Source: Candidatus Melainabacteria bacterium 17Bon1m
Lineage (GTDB): Bacteria > Cyanobacteriota > Vampirovibrionia > Obscuribacterales > Obscuribacteraceae
Assembly: GCA_032128875.1 (NCBI GenBank)
Contig: JAVLKG010000002.1
Coordinates: forward strand, 736,001 to 800,000
Length of the DNA: 64,000 bases
Direction: 5' to 3'
Shown here: one piece after another, positions 49,203-58,945 of the stretch
How the letters are laid out: each line of letters starts with the position of its first letter
How positions within the stretch are numbered: position 1 is the first letter of the stretch
The notes under the pieces: generated by a model
Databases searched by the model: none
The model's input: the letters and a program-made list of their open reading frames with translations, nothing else
Told to the model about the DNA's origin: nothing
Position numbers and translations under genes: made by a program

Positions 49203-49910
49203 ATGTTTTTGCTACCATCGTCAGCTGAAACAGTGCCACCACTATCAGTACTATACCGAGAAGAGCCTATTTGGAAGCCTATGAATTTTGATTTTACCGT
49301 TAACCTTGTTTGGTGGATTTTGGCGAGCTGCGGTCTCGTCTCGTTCATCGAGCACCAAGTTCATCAACAGTTGATGCATAAGCAAAACTTTTTGAGTAAG
49401 AGAGATAAAGGCTTCGAGCACGTTTTTAAGTCTCATGCAATTGTTCACCACGGACATTATTCATCGACGTTTACTGATGAGCCGGTTGCTCCCGGCGAAG
49501 ACAAGGAAATTCGATTGAATGTTCACAAGGCTCCGATCAAAACACTTCCGTTTACCATTTTGATCGCATTGATTTCGTGGCAGTGGGCTATTGTCTTCGT
49601 TGTAACTGTATGCGTACATCATTGGGTGTGGAACAAAATACATCTGGAGATGCACAAGCCAGAAGGAAAGGAATTCAGCACCTGGTCGCCATATCTCTTT
49701 TTAGCAAGGCACCACTATCTCCATCATGTGCACCCAAACAAAAACTTCAACGTCGTTTTTCCATTTGCTGACTATATTCTTGGAACGAATGCAGTCGCTA
49801 CTCCCAGCGAAAGGTTAGACATGCACAGGTTGGGCTTGTTGCCAATGAATACCGCGGAAGTGTTTTGTTTGCAGCGAGCGGCAACAAAGGACCAGATACG
49901 CAAGCTTTGA
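49203..49910 (+). CDS. Fatty-acid hydroxylase / sterol desaturase-like di-iron membrane protein
   Basis: His boxes HQVHQQLMH, HAIVHH, H..MH and HHYLHH; NFNVVFP. Confidence 0.75.
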   Translation: MFLLPSSAETVPPLSVLYREEPIWKPMNFDFTVNLVWWILASCGLVSFIEHQVHQQLMHKQNFLSKRDKGFEHVFKSHAIVHHGHYSSTFTDEPVAPGEDKEIRLNVHKAPIKTLPFTILIALISWQWAIVFVVTVCVHHWVWNKIHLEMHKPEGKEFSTWSPYLFLARHHYLHHVHPNKNFNVVFPFADYILGTNAVATPSERLDMHRLGLLPMNTAEVFCLQRAATKDQIRKL

Positions 49911-49952
49911 CTTGGGTAAGAGCCGTGCTTTCTTTTTCGCCCCAGGTTGTCT

Positions 49953-51245
49953 TTAGTTTGACTCTTTAAGAGGCAAATTTATAGTAAAGGTTGTGCCATT
50001 TGACGAAGAACTCACAAAGTCGATCTTACCGTTGTGTGCTTCTACTATCCTCTTACATGTATAAAGCCCGAAGCCTCTTCCCAGGTAATACTGTTTTCCG
50101 CGGTCACCCAACCAAAACCGTTTGAAAAGGTCATGTTGTACTTCTTCAGGAATGCCGCTGCCCGTATCAGCAATCTTAATAACAGCGTCACCCTCCTCTT
50201 TCGTGAGAGAAATAGTAATTTTGCCGAATGAAGGTGTAAAAGTTATTGCATTCGACACAAGATTGGAGAAGAGCGTTCGAAGCCAGTCTTCATTAGCTTC
50301 TACTTTTAAAGGCTCAGCTGTGTCACCAGATATAGTGCAGGTGATATTTGAAGCTTCTGCAATGGATTTAAAATTGATGTGTATTTCCGATAGCAGATCA
50401 TTAAGACAGACAGTGCTGACAGATAAATTGTCTTGAATCACGTGTTGATCTAAATCGATGATTTTACCGAGGGTCTGCAGCATTTGATGCGTGCTGGAAT
50501 GGAGCACATCGTTGACGTCCGTTGAGGCTGTACCGTTTTTGTCTTTACCGAGGTGTTCACACAGCTTAGCCAGACCAATTGCCGAAGTACGCAAGTCGTG
50601 AGTTAAGTGTGCAAGCAAGTCCTTGCGAAATTGGTTTAACGTCGAAGAAGTAACTTGTTGCTTTTCAAGCTCGGTTTTCGATGTTTGGGCTTCCTGTTGC
50701 CATTGTATTTTTTCTAAAGCAACTGCCGTTATATCTGCGAGAGTTTGCAATAGAGACAGCTCTTCAGCGGTAGAATCGTGGTCGTCTGACCAATATGTAC
50801 CGATAGCAGCAATGGGCTCTTCTCGACGCACAGGGGTCATAACTAGGCTTTTGACGAAGGTTGGCTTGTAAGCATCTTGAGGAATTCGTTCGTCTTTGTA
50901 TATATCCGGGATAGCAACCTGCTCCTTTTTTAGCATCGACCACCCGCTAATGCAGCTTTCTACTGGAAACTTCATTCCTTTCCAAAGCGGCGAAATTGCG
51001 TCTTCGTCGTAGTAAAAACACTGCTTTGCTTCACCAAGGTCGAGCAGAACAAAGGTCGCTCCATGTGCGCCGGCGATAGTTCGAGCTGTTGATTTGACTA
51101 TACTTGCGACGCTCTGTAGCGAGTTGGCGAAAGCGAGCTGTTTTACCGCCTCCATTAGTGAATTCCCAGCGGAATTAAATACCTTTATGTCGTTAATTGC
51201 GGTTTCCATGCGGGAATGCCAACCTGTTTGTCTCATTAAGAACAA
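49953..51245 (-). CDS. GAF-domain sensor histidine kinase
   Basis: GAF (CISGW, DIYKDERIP, PTFVKSL), THDLR, NLVSNAI, DTGSG and GFGL. Confidence 0.88.
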   Translation of the reverse strand: MFLMRQTGWHSRMETAINDIKVFNSAGNSLMEAVKQLAFANSLQSVASIVKSTARTIAGAHGATFVLLDLGEAKQCFYYDEDAISPLWKGMKFPVESCISGWSMLKKEQVAIPDIYKDERIPQDAYKPTFVKSLVMTPVRREEPIAAIGTYWSDDHDSTAEELSLLQTLADITAVALEKIQWQQEAQTSKTELEKQQVTSSTLNQFRKDLLAHLTHDLRTSAIGLAKLCEHLGKDKNGTASTDVNDVLHSSTHQMLQTLGKIIDLDQHVIQDNLSVSTVCLNDLLSEIHINFKSIAEASNITCTISGDTAEPLKVEANEDWLRTLFSNLVSNAITFTPSFGKITISLTKEEGDAVIKIADTGSGIPEEVQHDLFKRFWLGDRGKQYYLGRGFGLYTCKRIVEAHNGKIDFVSSSSNGTTFTINLPLKESN

Positions 51246-51418
51246 TCATTGGATCCCCTCGAATTTTTTGTCAAGACTCCTTGAGGTGACGATTGATAAA
51301 CCATTGATGATCAACGGCTTGAAAGAAATAGGAAGTGCAGACATTTTTGAGCGTTGTCAATGTGGCAAAATATCGCTATTGCTTGGTTTTGAGAGACCGG
51401 TTGCAGTGCTAAGCCGCA

Positions 51419-53908
51419 GTGAAACGCACAGAGAAACTCTATAACCTTCACGCTCACTGGAGGCGTTTAACTGCGCTTCTGATTTGCTGTACGTTCTTGA
51501 TGCCTCCTTGCTTTGCAATTCAGGCAAGAAAAATTACCAATAAGCTCGAACCGATGCACACAGCGGAAATACTAGGTGTGCGTGCAGAGGTCGAGCGATT
51601 GTTGTATCTGAAGAACAATCCTGGTTCGAACGCAGAAGAGACTATCTATTTGCGAACAATACTGCTGCGACGGATTCTTCGCGGTGTGCTTGAAGTCAGG
51701 CAGTATTGCAATATGCTCGAACTAGAGCGTGCTTATGCCTATGACATTATGCAAAAGGAGCAGAGGAGACAGGCTTTCGTCGGTCAACTATTTACTCTTG
51801 CCAGTTTTTCGCAGCTGGCGACTTTCTATACGATGGAACCATATATGCGAATGCGTGAGCAGTTTGTTACCTCTGCAGTATTTACAACAGTGAGTGGTTC
51901 CTTAAATACCGGAATTTCGACATTGTCGCGCCTTCATGGTTTTGTTGCAAAAGCCAGTAATGTATCACCACCGGCGGTGCTAGGTAATTTAGTAACCGGT
52001 GGTCCGGTAGATACGCGGAGCATGCCGCAATTACTAGATCGATACTTCGATTTTCGTCTGCCTGGAGCAAAAGAATCACGGCGGGACGAACTTTTCGCTC
52101 ACTGGCTCAATCAATATAAAATAGATGCGTCCAATCCGGAAAATCTTTGTACGCTGGCTGGAAAAAAGAAAGCAAGTCTTGGCCTGCTTCGGTCTCGTGT
52201 ACTGCTTTTGTGGTCATTGCGAACAGCTGTTATTCAATTTGACCACGACTTACTTGCTCTTCTCAGATTGATTGGAGAACCAATGGAGGCGGTCCCTACA
52301 GCCGCCAGCGGCTACAGTGGCGACAATAGCGAAGTGGTGAGGTTTCTCGGGATTGGGCCTCACATCGAAGAGTTGAATCGGCTGAAGCAGGGCGGGCAGG
52401 ATACTCAAAGAATCAACGAACTCGAGGTTTTTGTATTGCAAAAAACGCTCGAGGGCACTCTGGAGATTCAAGCTGCAGCTGATAAGGTCGATGAGGATCT
52501 TTACTATAACTATCACATTGTTCTTTCTGATCTTGAAAGCAGCCGCGCGAGGTCATTGCAATTAAACTCTGATGCCAACTTTCTTCAGTCAGGAATTCTG
52601 GGTATTGTTGCAGGGAAGCTCTACTTGAGCAGACATACTTTTGCCGGCGATCAGATGTTTGTTATTTCAGGCAGCAATGGCACGGCACTTACATTGCTTG
52701 CGGCTTTACAGCAACATGGTTTTTGGAGAAAGTCCGACACTGGACCAAATTCACTTGCGCAGCTCCTAAACTTGCATCCACAAGAAGACTATAAATTCTC
52801 CAGCTTTGTCACTCGGCTTCTTAACTCCCCACCACCCGGATCTGTTGACGGAAAGTCTCGACTGGAGCTCCTAAACGAGTCTTGGAGGAAGAGCCATGTC
52901 ACCACTCTTAAGCTTGATTCCTCTAAAAATCAGCGTGCGGTAGCCGCGATGCCACCACACAAGTATGACACCATCAAAATTGTAAAAAACAGAATCAATC
53001 TTCTTCATTCACTAATGAAGGAGCTTGAATCCTTTCAAAACCAAACTCTCTCGGTGCTAAACAGCACAGATGCTAAGGAAATCTCGCCTGCTGTTCATGC
53101 AAACATTGACGATACTGGTTTGAGCAAACATGCATCGGAAGCCGCGAGACTACTTGGAATTGAAGAGCAAGTTAAGCAATTGCTTGCATTGAAAGCGGCG
53201 GGAAAATTGCAAGCCTATGATGATAGTGGTACCAAGTTGCAACTGCAAATTTTGAGAAGAGTTCAAACGACCGGTTTGCAACTGAGGGTTCTTTCTGCTC
53301 AGTTTGATCGCGAGATCATTGCAGAACGCCAAGCCCTCGATCGTGTAACCAGAGAAAGAGATCTCACTGTGGCGCTTCTAAACGATGCCAATTTCTTGCA
53401 GCTCGGGATACTTGCGACAATCATTGATGGCCCTCTGGGCATCACTAAGAAAAAGAAGCTCAATCTCTATGGCGATCGTCTTAATATTGTTTCTGGACTA
53501 ACTGTTGGTGGTCTGGCGGGGTTGTCGCTTGTCGCGCAAAGAGGTGGATTCCGCCATACCAAATCTGGTCCTAATCTCCTCGGACAGACCTTCGGACTAC
53601 CAACTCCAGAATCCGAACAACTTCCTGCTGTCCTCAGCAGTTATATGAATTCTGTTCCTCCCTTAAGCGAGAGCGGGTTGACGAGGCGCGAGCAATTAAT
53701 TTCATACTGGAAATCCACGAAGATTTTACCGATCAGTATCTCGAAACCAGCAACGGTTGAAAGAGTTTCTGGTTATGGTTCTCGGCATCACAGATGGTGC
53801 GAAACGATCAAACTTATGAGCGCCAGAATATCAATGTTGTTTGATCTAAGAGCCATGGTTGATCGATTGAACGTTGGTTTGGTTGAACTCCTCAAGGCAA
53901 TCGATTGA
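51419..53908 (+). CDS. Secreted hypothetical protein with three tandem homologous domains
   Basis: Signal peptide; units start ILGVRAEVERL / FLGIGPHIEEL / LLGIEEQVKQL. Confidence 0.75.
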   Translation: MKRTEKLYNLHAHWRRLTALLICCTFLMPPCFAIQARKITNKLEPMHTAEILGVRAEVERLLYLKNNPGSNAEETIYLRTILLRRILRGVLEVRQYCNMLELERAYAYDIMQKEQRRQAFVGQLFTLASFSQLATFYTMEPYMRMREQFVTSAVFTTVSGSLNTGISTLSRLHGFVAKASNVSPPAVLGNLVTGGPVDTRSMPQLLDRYFDFRLPGAKESRRDELFAHWLNQYKIDASNPENLCTLAGKKKASLGLLRSRVLLLWSLRTAVIQFDHDLLALLRLIGEPMEAVPTAASGYSGDNSEVVRFLGIGPHIEELNRLKQGGQDTQRINELEVFVLQKTLEGTLEIQAAADKVDEDLYYNYHIVLSDLESSRARSLQLNSDANFLQSGILGIVAGKLYLSRHTFAGDQMFVISGSNGTALTLLAALQQHGFWRKSDTGPNSLAQLLNLHPQEDYKFSSFVTRLLNSPPPGSVDGKSRLELLNESWRKSHVTTLKLDSSKNQRAVAAMPPHKYDTIKIVKNRINLLHSLMKELESFQNQTLSVLNSTDAKEISPAVHANIDDTGLSKHASEAARLLGIEEQVKQLLALKAAGKLQAYDDSGTKLQLQILRRVQTTGLQLRVLSAQFDREIIAERQALDRVTRERDLTVALLNDANFLQLGILATIIDGPLGITKKKKLNLYGDRLNIVSGLTVGGLAGLSLVAQRGGFRHTKSGPNLLGQTFGLPTPESEQLPAVLSSYMNSVPPLSESGLTRREQLISYWKSTKILPISISKPATVERVSGYGSRHHRWCETIKLMSARISMLFDLRAMVDRLNVGLVELLKAID

Positions 53909-54051
53909 ACAGAAGCTCAAACAGAGTGGAATGATTCACTTTGGGAATAAACAACATACGTCTGTAAAAGGCAGTCGGCAACGAGTTTATGATGGCGTCA
54001 CTCTAATTGACGACTGCAATCCCCCGAAAGACTGATTTCAAGGAAAGATTT

Positions 54052-55350
54052 ATGCACAAACGCGATGTGAATGTTATCCGCAACTTGAGAAAAACTGTTT
54101 TTGCGATGGCATTGTCGGTCTCGCTGGTGGCAGCTACCGGTGCGATGGCATTCGATCAGCACAAACATCTTACTGTAGCCGGCAATGATATAAGTTGTTC
54201 TGACAAAATACTGCAACGCATTTCAGATCATCCGTGCAAGTTGCCAGATGGAAGCTTCTACGCGCCTGCCACACTAAGCACCATGCAATGGGGTTTTTTG
54301 CCGAACAAAAACTCAAAACCTATCCTGTCAGTGCCTTCGGACAGCGTAGTTACTTTTGATAACTTGTCTTCGGAAGGGATGGTTGAAGATCAGGGGCGAG
54401 ACCCTGTTAAGTTTTTCGGCAAGTTTGGTGTGGCAGAATCTGATGTACTCAAAGATGCAGTGGAGATTTGTGCCTCAAATGTCGAACACAATATGGTGAC
54501 GGATGGTCCTCACATAATCATTGGTCCAATTGCGGTTGATGGTGCACAGCCCGGAGATGTACTCAAAGTAGAGATGATTTCCATGGAACCGAGAGTGCCT
54601 TACGGCATAGTGGGAAATCGACATGGGAAAGGGGCGCTGCCAGGAGAGTATCCACAAAACGATGGTCCAAAGCCAGGTGCGAATAAAGAGCACCCAGAAC
54701 TCTTCGGAAGCGTGTTCTCGTTTATTCCAATAAAGTCGATTACCGGCAAAATGTTTGGCACTCTGAAGACCACATCAGGGAATGAAATACGTTTCCCAAT
54801 ACAACCATTCATGGGCACCATGGGAGTGGCTCCAAACACTGCGGAAAAAGTCAGCTCTATTCCGCCATCGTCATTTGGAGGAAACTTAGACCTCAAGGAT
54901 TTGACTGTTGGCTCTTCGCTGTATTTACCGATCCAAGTTGAAGGCGGAATGTTTTTCATGGGTGACCCGCATTTCAATCAAGGTGATGGTGAGGTCGCGC
55001 TAACTGCTCTGGAAGCATCACTCAGAACCAAGGTGAAGCTGAAGCTTCTCAAGGCAGGCGATCCTAATATCCCAATCAAAGATATGAAAGATCCCTTTGC
55101 TGAGACGCCCGATTACTGGATGCCTATTGGTTTAGACTCAGATCTCGATACTGCACTGAAGAAGACAGTTCGCACCGCTATCAAATTTTTGTCTGAGAAG
55201 ATGAAGATGGACAACGCGACTGCGCTGTCGTACTTAAGTGCTGCCACGGACTTTGAAATCACTCAGGTTGTAGATGAAACAAAAGGAGTGCACGCGCACA
55301 TAAGTAAGAGAGATTTCGAAGACGTGACAAAGCTCGAAGAAAAACGTTGA
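54052..55350 (+). CDS. Acetamidase/formamidase family protein
   Basis: GPH...GPI.VDGAQPGD, PFMGTMGV, GGNLD, GDPHF.QGDGEV..TALE and QVVD. Confidence 0.88.
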   Translation: MHKRDVNVIRNLRKTVFAMALSVSLVAATGAMAFDQHKHLTVAGNDISCSDKILQRISDHPCKLPDGSFYAPATLSTMQWGFLPNKNSKPILSVPSDSVVTFDNLSSEGMVEDQGRDPVKFFGKFGVAESDVLKDAVEICASNVEHNMVTDGPHIIIGPIAVDGAQPGDVLKVEMISMEPRVPYGIVGNRHGKGALPGEYPQNDGPKPGANKEHPELFGSVFSFIPIKSITGKMFGTLKTTSGNEIRFPIQPFMGTMGVAPNTAEKVSSIPPSSFGGNLDLKDLTVGSSLYLPIQVEGGMFFMGDPHFNQGDGEVALTALEASLRTKVKLKLLKAGDPNIPIKDMKDPFAETPDYWMPIGLDSDLDTALKKTVRTAIKFLSEKMKMDNATALSYLSAATDFEITQVVDETKGVHAHISKRDFEDVTKLEEKR

Positions 55351-55456
55351 AGCAGAGATAGAGATTTGTCTCCATCGTAGAAGTAGACGACACCAACCAA
55401 TCCCCTAAGTGCTCACACTTTTGGGAGACTAACTCCGTTCGATATTCTTTGTCTTT

Positions 55457-56758
55457 CTATGCTGTGACAGAAGCTTTGCGGCTTTCGATGGGCACGTAGG
55501 CGCGCTCGTCAGGACCGGTGTAAATCTGTCTTGGGCGTGCGATCTTTTGACTTTCGTCAGTGATCATTTCTTCCCACTGTGCTAGCCAGCCGGGCATGCG
55601 ACCAAGTGCAAAAAGCACGGTGAAGTAATCGGTCGGATAGCCCATTGCTTGATAGATCAAGCCGGAATAGAAGTCTACGTTAGGATAGAGTTTGCGTGAG
55701 ATGAAGTAGTCTTCTTCCAATGCGATGCGCTCCAACTCAAGCGCAATTTCGAGTTTTGGATTGAGACCGGTCTGCTCGAACACTTCATAAGCGACTTTCT
55801 TGATCAACTTCGCGCGCGGGTCGTATGACTTGTAGACGCGATGTCCGAAGCCCATGAGACGCCCCTTGCCTTCTTTGACTCTGTTCAAGAAATCAGGAAT
55901 ATTTTTCTTCGAGCCGATTTCATCGAGCATTTTGATTACGGCTTCATTAGCGCCACCATGCAGTGGACCATAGAGAGCGGCAATACCTGCGGAAACAGAA
56001 GAGAATAGATCTACGTGTGAAGAACCAACGGCGCGCACCGCACTGGTGGAGCAGTTCTGTTCGTGATCAGCATGCAGTATCAATAGAATTTCGAGAGCTC
56101 GTTGCAGCACTTTATTTGGTTTGTGCTGACCGCCGATGCTGAAAGTCATGTTGACGAAATTGCCTACATAATCAAGATCGTTGTCCGGGAAAACGAATGG
56201 AAGTCCGCGTGAATGGCGGAATGCGAATGCTGCAATTGTAGGAGCTTTCGCCAGGAGACGAACTCGTTGCAGAAAGCGGTTATCCGGATCTTTTATGTTC
56301 TTCGCTTCTGGGTAGAACGTGGAGAGTGCGCTAACAGCACCAAGCAACATGCCCATGGGATGCGCGTCGTAACGGAATCCTTCGAGGAACTTGGTGATGT
56401 TGGTGTGAACATAAGTGTGATACTTGATCAGCTCTGTCCATTGATCGAGCTGCTGTTGATCAGGCAACTCACCTTTGTTGAGCAGATAAGCAATTTCAAG
56501 AAAAGAAGACTTTTCAGCCAATTGCTCGATCGGATAACCGCGGTATCGCAAGATGCCTTTGTCGCCATCGATAAATGTGATGGCGCTGCGGCAGGCGGCA
56601 GTGCTCATGAAGGATGGGTCGTAGGTCATCAGACCGAAATCATCCTCAGCTGTTTTGATTTGTCTGAGGTCGTTCGCTCGGATTGTATTGTCGGTAATCG
56701 GTAACTCGTATTTCTTACCCGTACGATTGTCCGTAATCGTCAGTGTTTCGTTAGACAC
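55457..56758 (-). CDS. gltA: Citrate synthase
   Basis: IDGDKGILRYRGY, HADHEQN, GPLHGGANE, GFGHRVYK and PNVDFYSG; GGAGG SD favours GTG at 56758. Confidence 0.96.
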   Translation of the reverse strand: MSNETLTITDNRTGKKYELPITDNTIRANDLRQIKTAEDDFGLMTYDPSFMSTAACRSAITFIDGDKGILRYRGYPIEQLAEKSSFLEIAYLLNKGELPDQQQLDQWTELIKYHTYVHTNITKFLEGFRYDAHPMGMLLGAVSALSTFYPEAKNIKDPDNRFLQRVRLLAKAPTIAAFAFRHSRGLPFVFPDNDLDYVGNFVNMTFSIGGQHKPNKVLQRALEILLILHADHEQNCSTSAVRAVGSSHVDLFSSVSAGIAALYGPLHGGANEAVIKMLDEIGSKKNIPDFLNRVKEGKGRLMGFGHRVYKSYDPRAKLIKKVAYEVFEQTGLNPKLEIALELERIALEEDYFISRKLYPNVDFYSGLIYQAMGYPTDYFTVLFALGRMPGWLAQWEEMITDESQKIARPRQIYTGPDERAYVPIESRKASVTA

Positions 56759-56844
56759 AGTCAGCTCCTCCAAATGACGCCGAATAATCTAGGGCATCGA
56801 TACTTCGTTTAAGTAAAACCTTCAATTGCATTGACCTGAGACTA

Positions 56845-58698
56845 TTAGCTTCTGTCCCGGACGAGGCTCAGGTTGAGCATCTCTCTGATGAGCATCAGCT
56901 CCCGTGGCATTCGTTCGTTCATTCGTTCGAACAATTCATCATGAGATTCCAATTCCCGATGCCACAGTTCTTTGTCGATGTGCATCAACTCGTCAAACTG
57001 TTCTTGGCTAAAATTCTCGATTCCAGTCCAGTCGATGTCCTTATGACGTGGCATGAATCCAAGGAAGGTCTGTGCCGCGCCAGCTTTGCCATGAACGCGA
57101 TCCGAAATCCACTTCAGAACACGCATGTTCTCGCCAAAACCTGGCCAAATGATTTTGCCTTTGTCATCGGTGCGGAACCAATTTACGCAGAAGACGCGCG
57201 GTGGGTTTTGCACCATGTGTCCCATTCTGAGCCAATGATCGAAGTAATCACCCATGTGATAACCGCAGAATGGCAACATAGCCATCGGGTCGCGACGTAC
57301 TTCGCCTACTTTGCCGACCGCGGCTGCGGTGGTTTCAGAACCCATCGTTGCCGCCATGTAAACGCCGAAATCCCAATTGATCGATTGGAATGTCAGAGGA
57401 ATTACTGACGGACGACGTCCACCGAAAACGAATGCACTGATTGGAACTCCTTCCAGGTTGTCCCACTGATCATCCAGTGATGGGCACTGGTCAATCGGCA
57501 CGGTGAAGCGGCTGTTTGGATGAGCTGCTTTTCTACCGCAGTCCGGAGTCCAATTCCGGCCTTGCCAGTCAATCAACTCCGCTGGCGGTTCATCGGTGAG
57601 ACCTTCCCACCAGACGTCACCGTCCGGCGTGAGGGCGACGTTTGTAAAGATGCAATTTTTGCCCAGCGTGGCAAGAGCATTCGGATTTGTTTTTGCCGAC
57701 GTGCCTGGTGCTACGCCAAAGAAGCCTGCTTCAGGATTGATCGCATAGAACTTACCATCTTTGCCCGGTCTGATCCAGGCAATGTCATCGCCAACAGTCG
57801 TGACTTCCCACCCTTTGAAACTGTTCGGGGGGATGAGCATGGCGAAGTTCGTCTTGCCACAAGCGCTTGGGAAGGCAGCGGCTACGTAGCATTTTTCGCC
57901 AGTGGGGGATTTAACGCCCAAAATAAGCATGTGCTCTGCCAGCCATCCTTCTTTTCTTCCAAGGGATGAAGCGATGCGCAAGGCGAGGCACTTCTTGCCG
58001 AGCAGGGCATTGCCGCCATAACCCGAGCCGTAGGACCAAATCTCTTTGGTTTCTGGGAAGTGGCAGATGTACTTGTGTTCTGGATTGCACGGCCAGGCGA
58101 CATCTTTCTCGCCCGGGTCCAGCGGGTGACCGACGCTGTGCATGCAAGGTACAAAGGAGCCATCCTTGTCCAGAATCTCAACGACCTTCTTGCCCATGCG
58201 TGTCATGTGTTTCATATTGACAGCGACATAAGGTGAATCGGTAATCTCTACGCCGATTTGAGCAAGAGGTGAGCCGAGCGGTCCCATGCTGAAAGGCACG
58301 ACGTACATAGTGCGCCCGCGCATCGAACCCTTGAAAAAGTCCTTCAATATGATCTTGGCTGTTTCGGGCTCCATCCAATTATTGTTCGGTCCCGAGTCTT
58401 CCTTGCGAGTAGTGCAGACGAAGGTTCTGTCTTCGACACGGGCAACATCAGAGGGGGCGGAGCGGGCGAGGTAGCTGTTTGGACGTAGCTTCTCATTCAG
58501 GCGGATGAAAGTACCGGCGTCTACCATCTCTTGGCAAAGGCGGTTGTACTCTTCGTCACTGCCGTCACACCAATAAACACGGTCTGGTTGGCACAGCGCC
58601 ACAGCCGCGTTGACCCAATCAAGCAATTTTTGATGTTTGACTGGATAACCGGGTTCTGTAGGGGCGGATTTCTTGCTAACCGAGTCGACAGCTGTCAT
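56845..58698 (-). CDS. pckG: Phosphoenolpyruvate carboxykinase (GTP)
   Basis: [36 protein letters not shown] and HPNSRF. Confidence 0.96.
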   Translation of the reverse strand: MTAVDSVSKKSAPTEPGYPVKHQKLLDWVNAAVALCQPDRVYWCDGSDEEYNRLCQEMVDAGTFIRLNEKLRPNSYLARSAPSDVARVEDRTFVCTTRKEDSGPNNNWMEPETAKIILKDFFKGSMRGRTMYVVPFSMGPLGSPLAQIGVEITDSPYVAVNMKHMTRMGKKVVEILDKDGSFVPCMHSVGHPLDPGEKDVAWPCNPEHKYICHFPETKEIWSYGSGYGGNALLGKKCLALRIASSLGRKEGWLAEHMLILGVKSPTGEKCYVAAAFPSACGKTNFAMLIPPNSFKGWEVTTVGDDIAWIRPGKDGKFYAINPEAGFFGVAPGTSAKTNPNALATLGKNCIFTNVALTPDGDVWWEGLTDEPPAELIDWQGRNWTPDCGRKAAHPNSRFTVPIDQCPSLDDQWDNLEGVPISAFVFGGRRPSVIPLTFQSINWDFGVYMAATMGSETTAAAVGKVGEVRRDPMAMLPFCGYHMGDYFDHWLRMGHMVQNPPRVFCVNWFRTDDKGKIIWPGFGENMRVLKWISDRVHGKAGAAQTFLGFMPRHKDIDWTGIENFSQEQFDELMHIDKELWHRELESHDELFERMNERMPRELMLIREMLNLSLVRDRS

Positions 58699-58945
58699 GT
58701 TTCTGCTCCTTTTAATGAAGGAACACGATCTTACTATGCCGAGGGCGTTTAGCCGGTATCGGCAAGGGTTTTTTCAAAATTTGGGATTCGGTACTTCCAA
58801 AGCGAAATGGCCACTCTTGCGGACCCGATTTGCAACACCCCGATTTGGAGGTTTTGTTCCCTGAGCATTCTGACGGAGAAAAAGTGTGCTCCAAGCATGT
58901 TGAAGGAAAAAGTGAATATTGCCAAAACCGAGTCAGGCGAGATAA

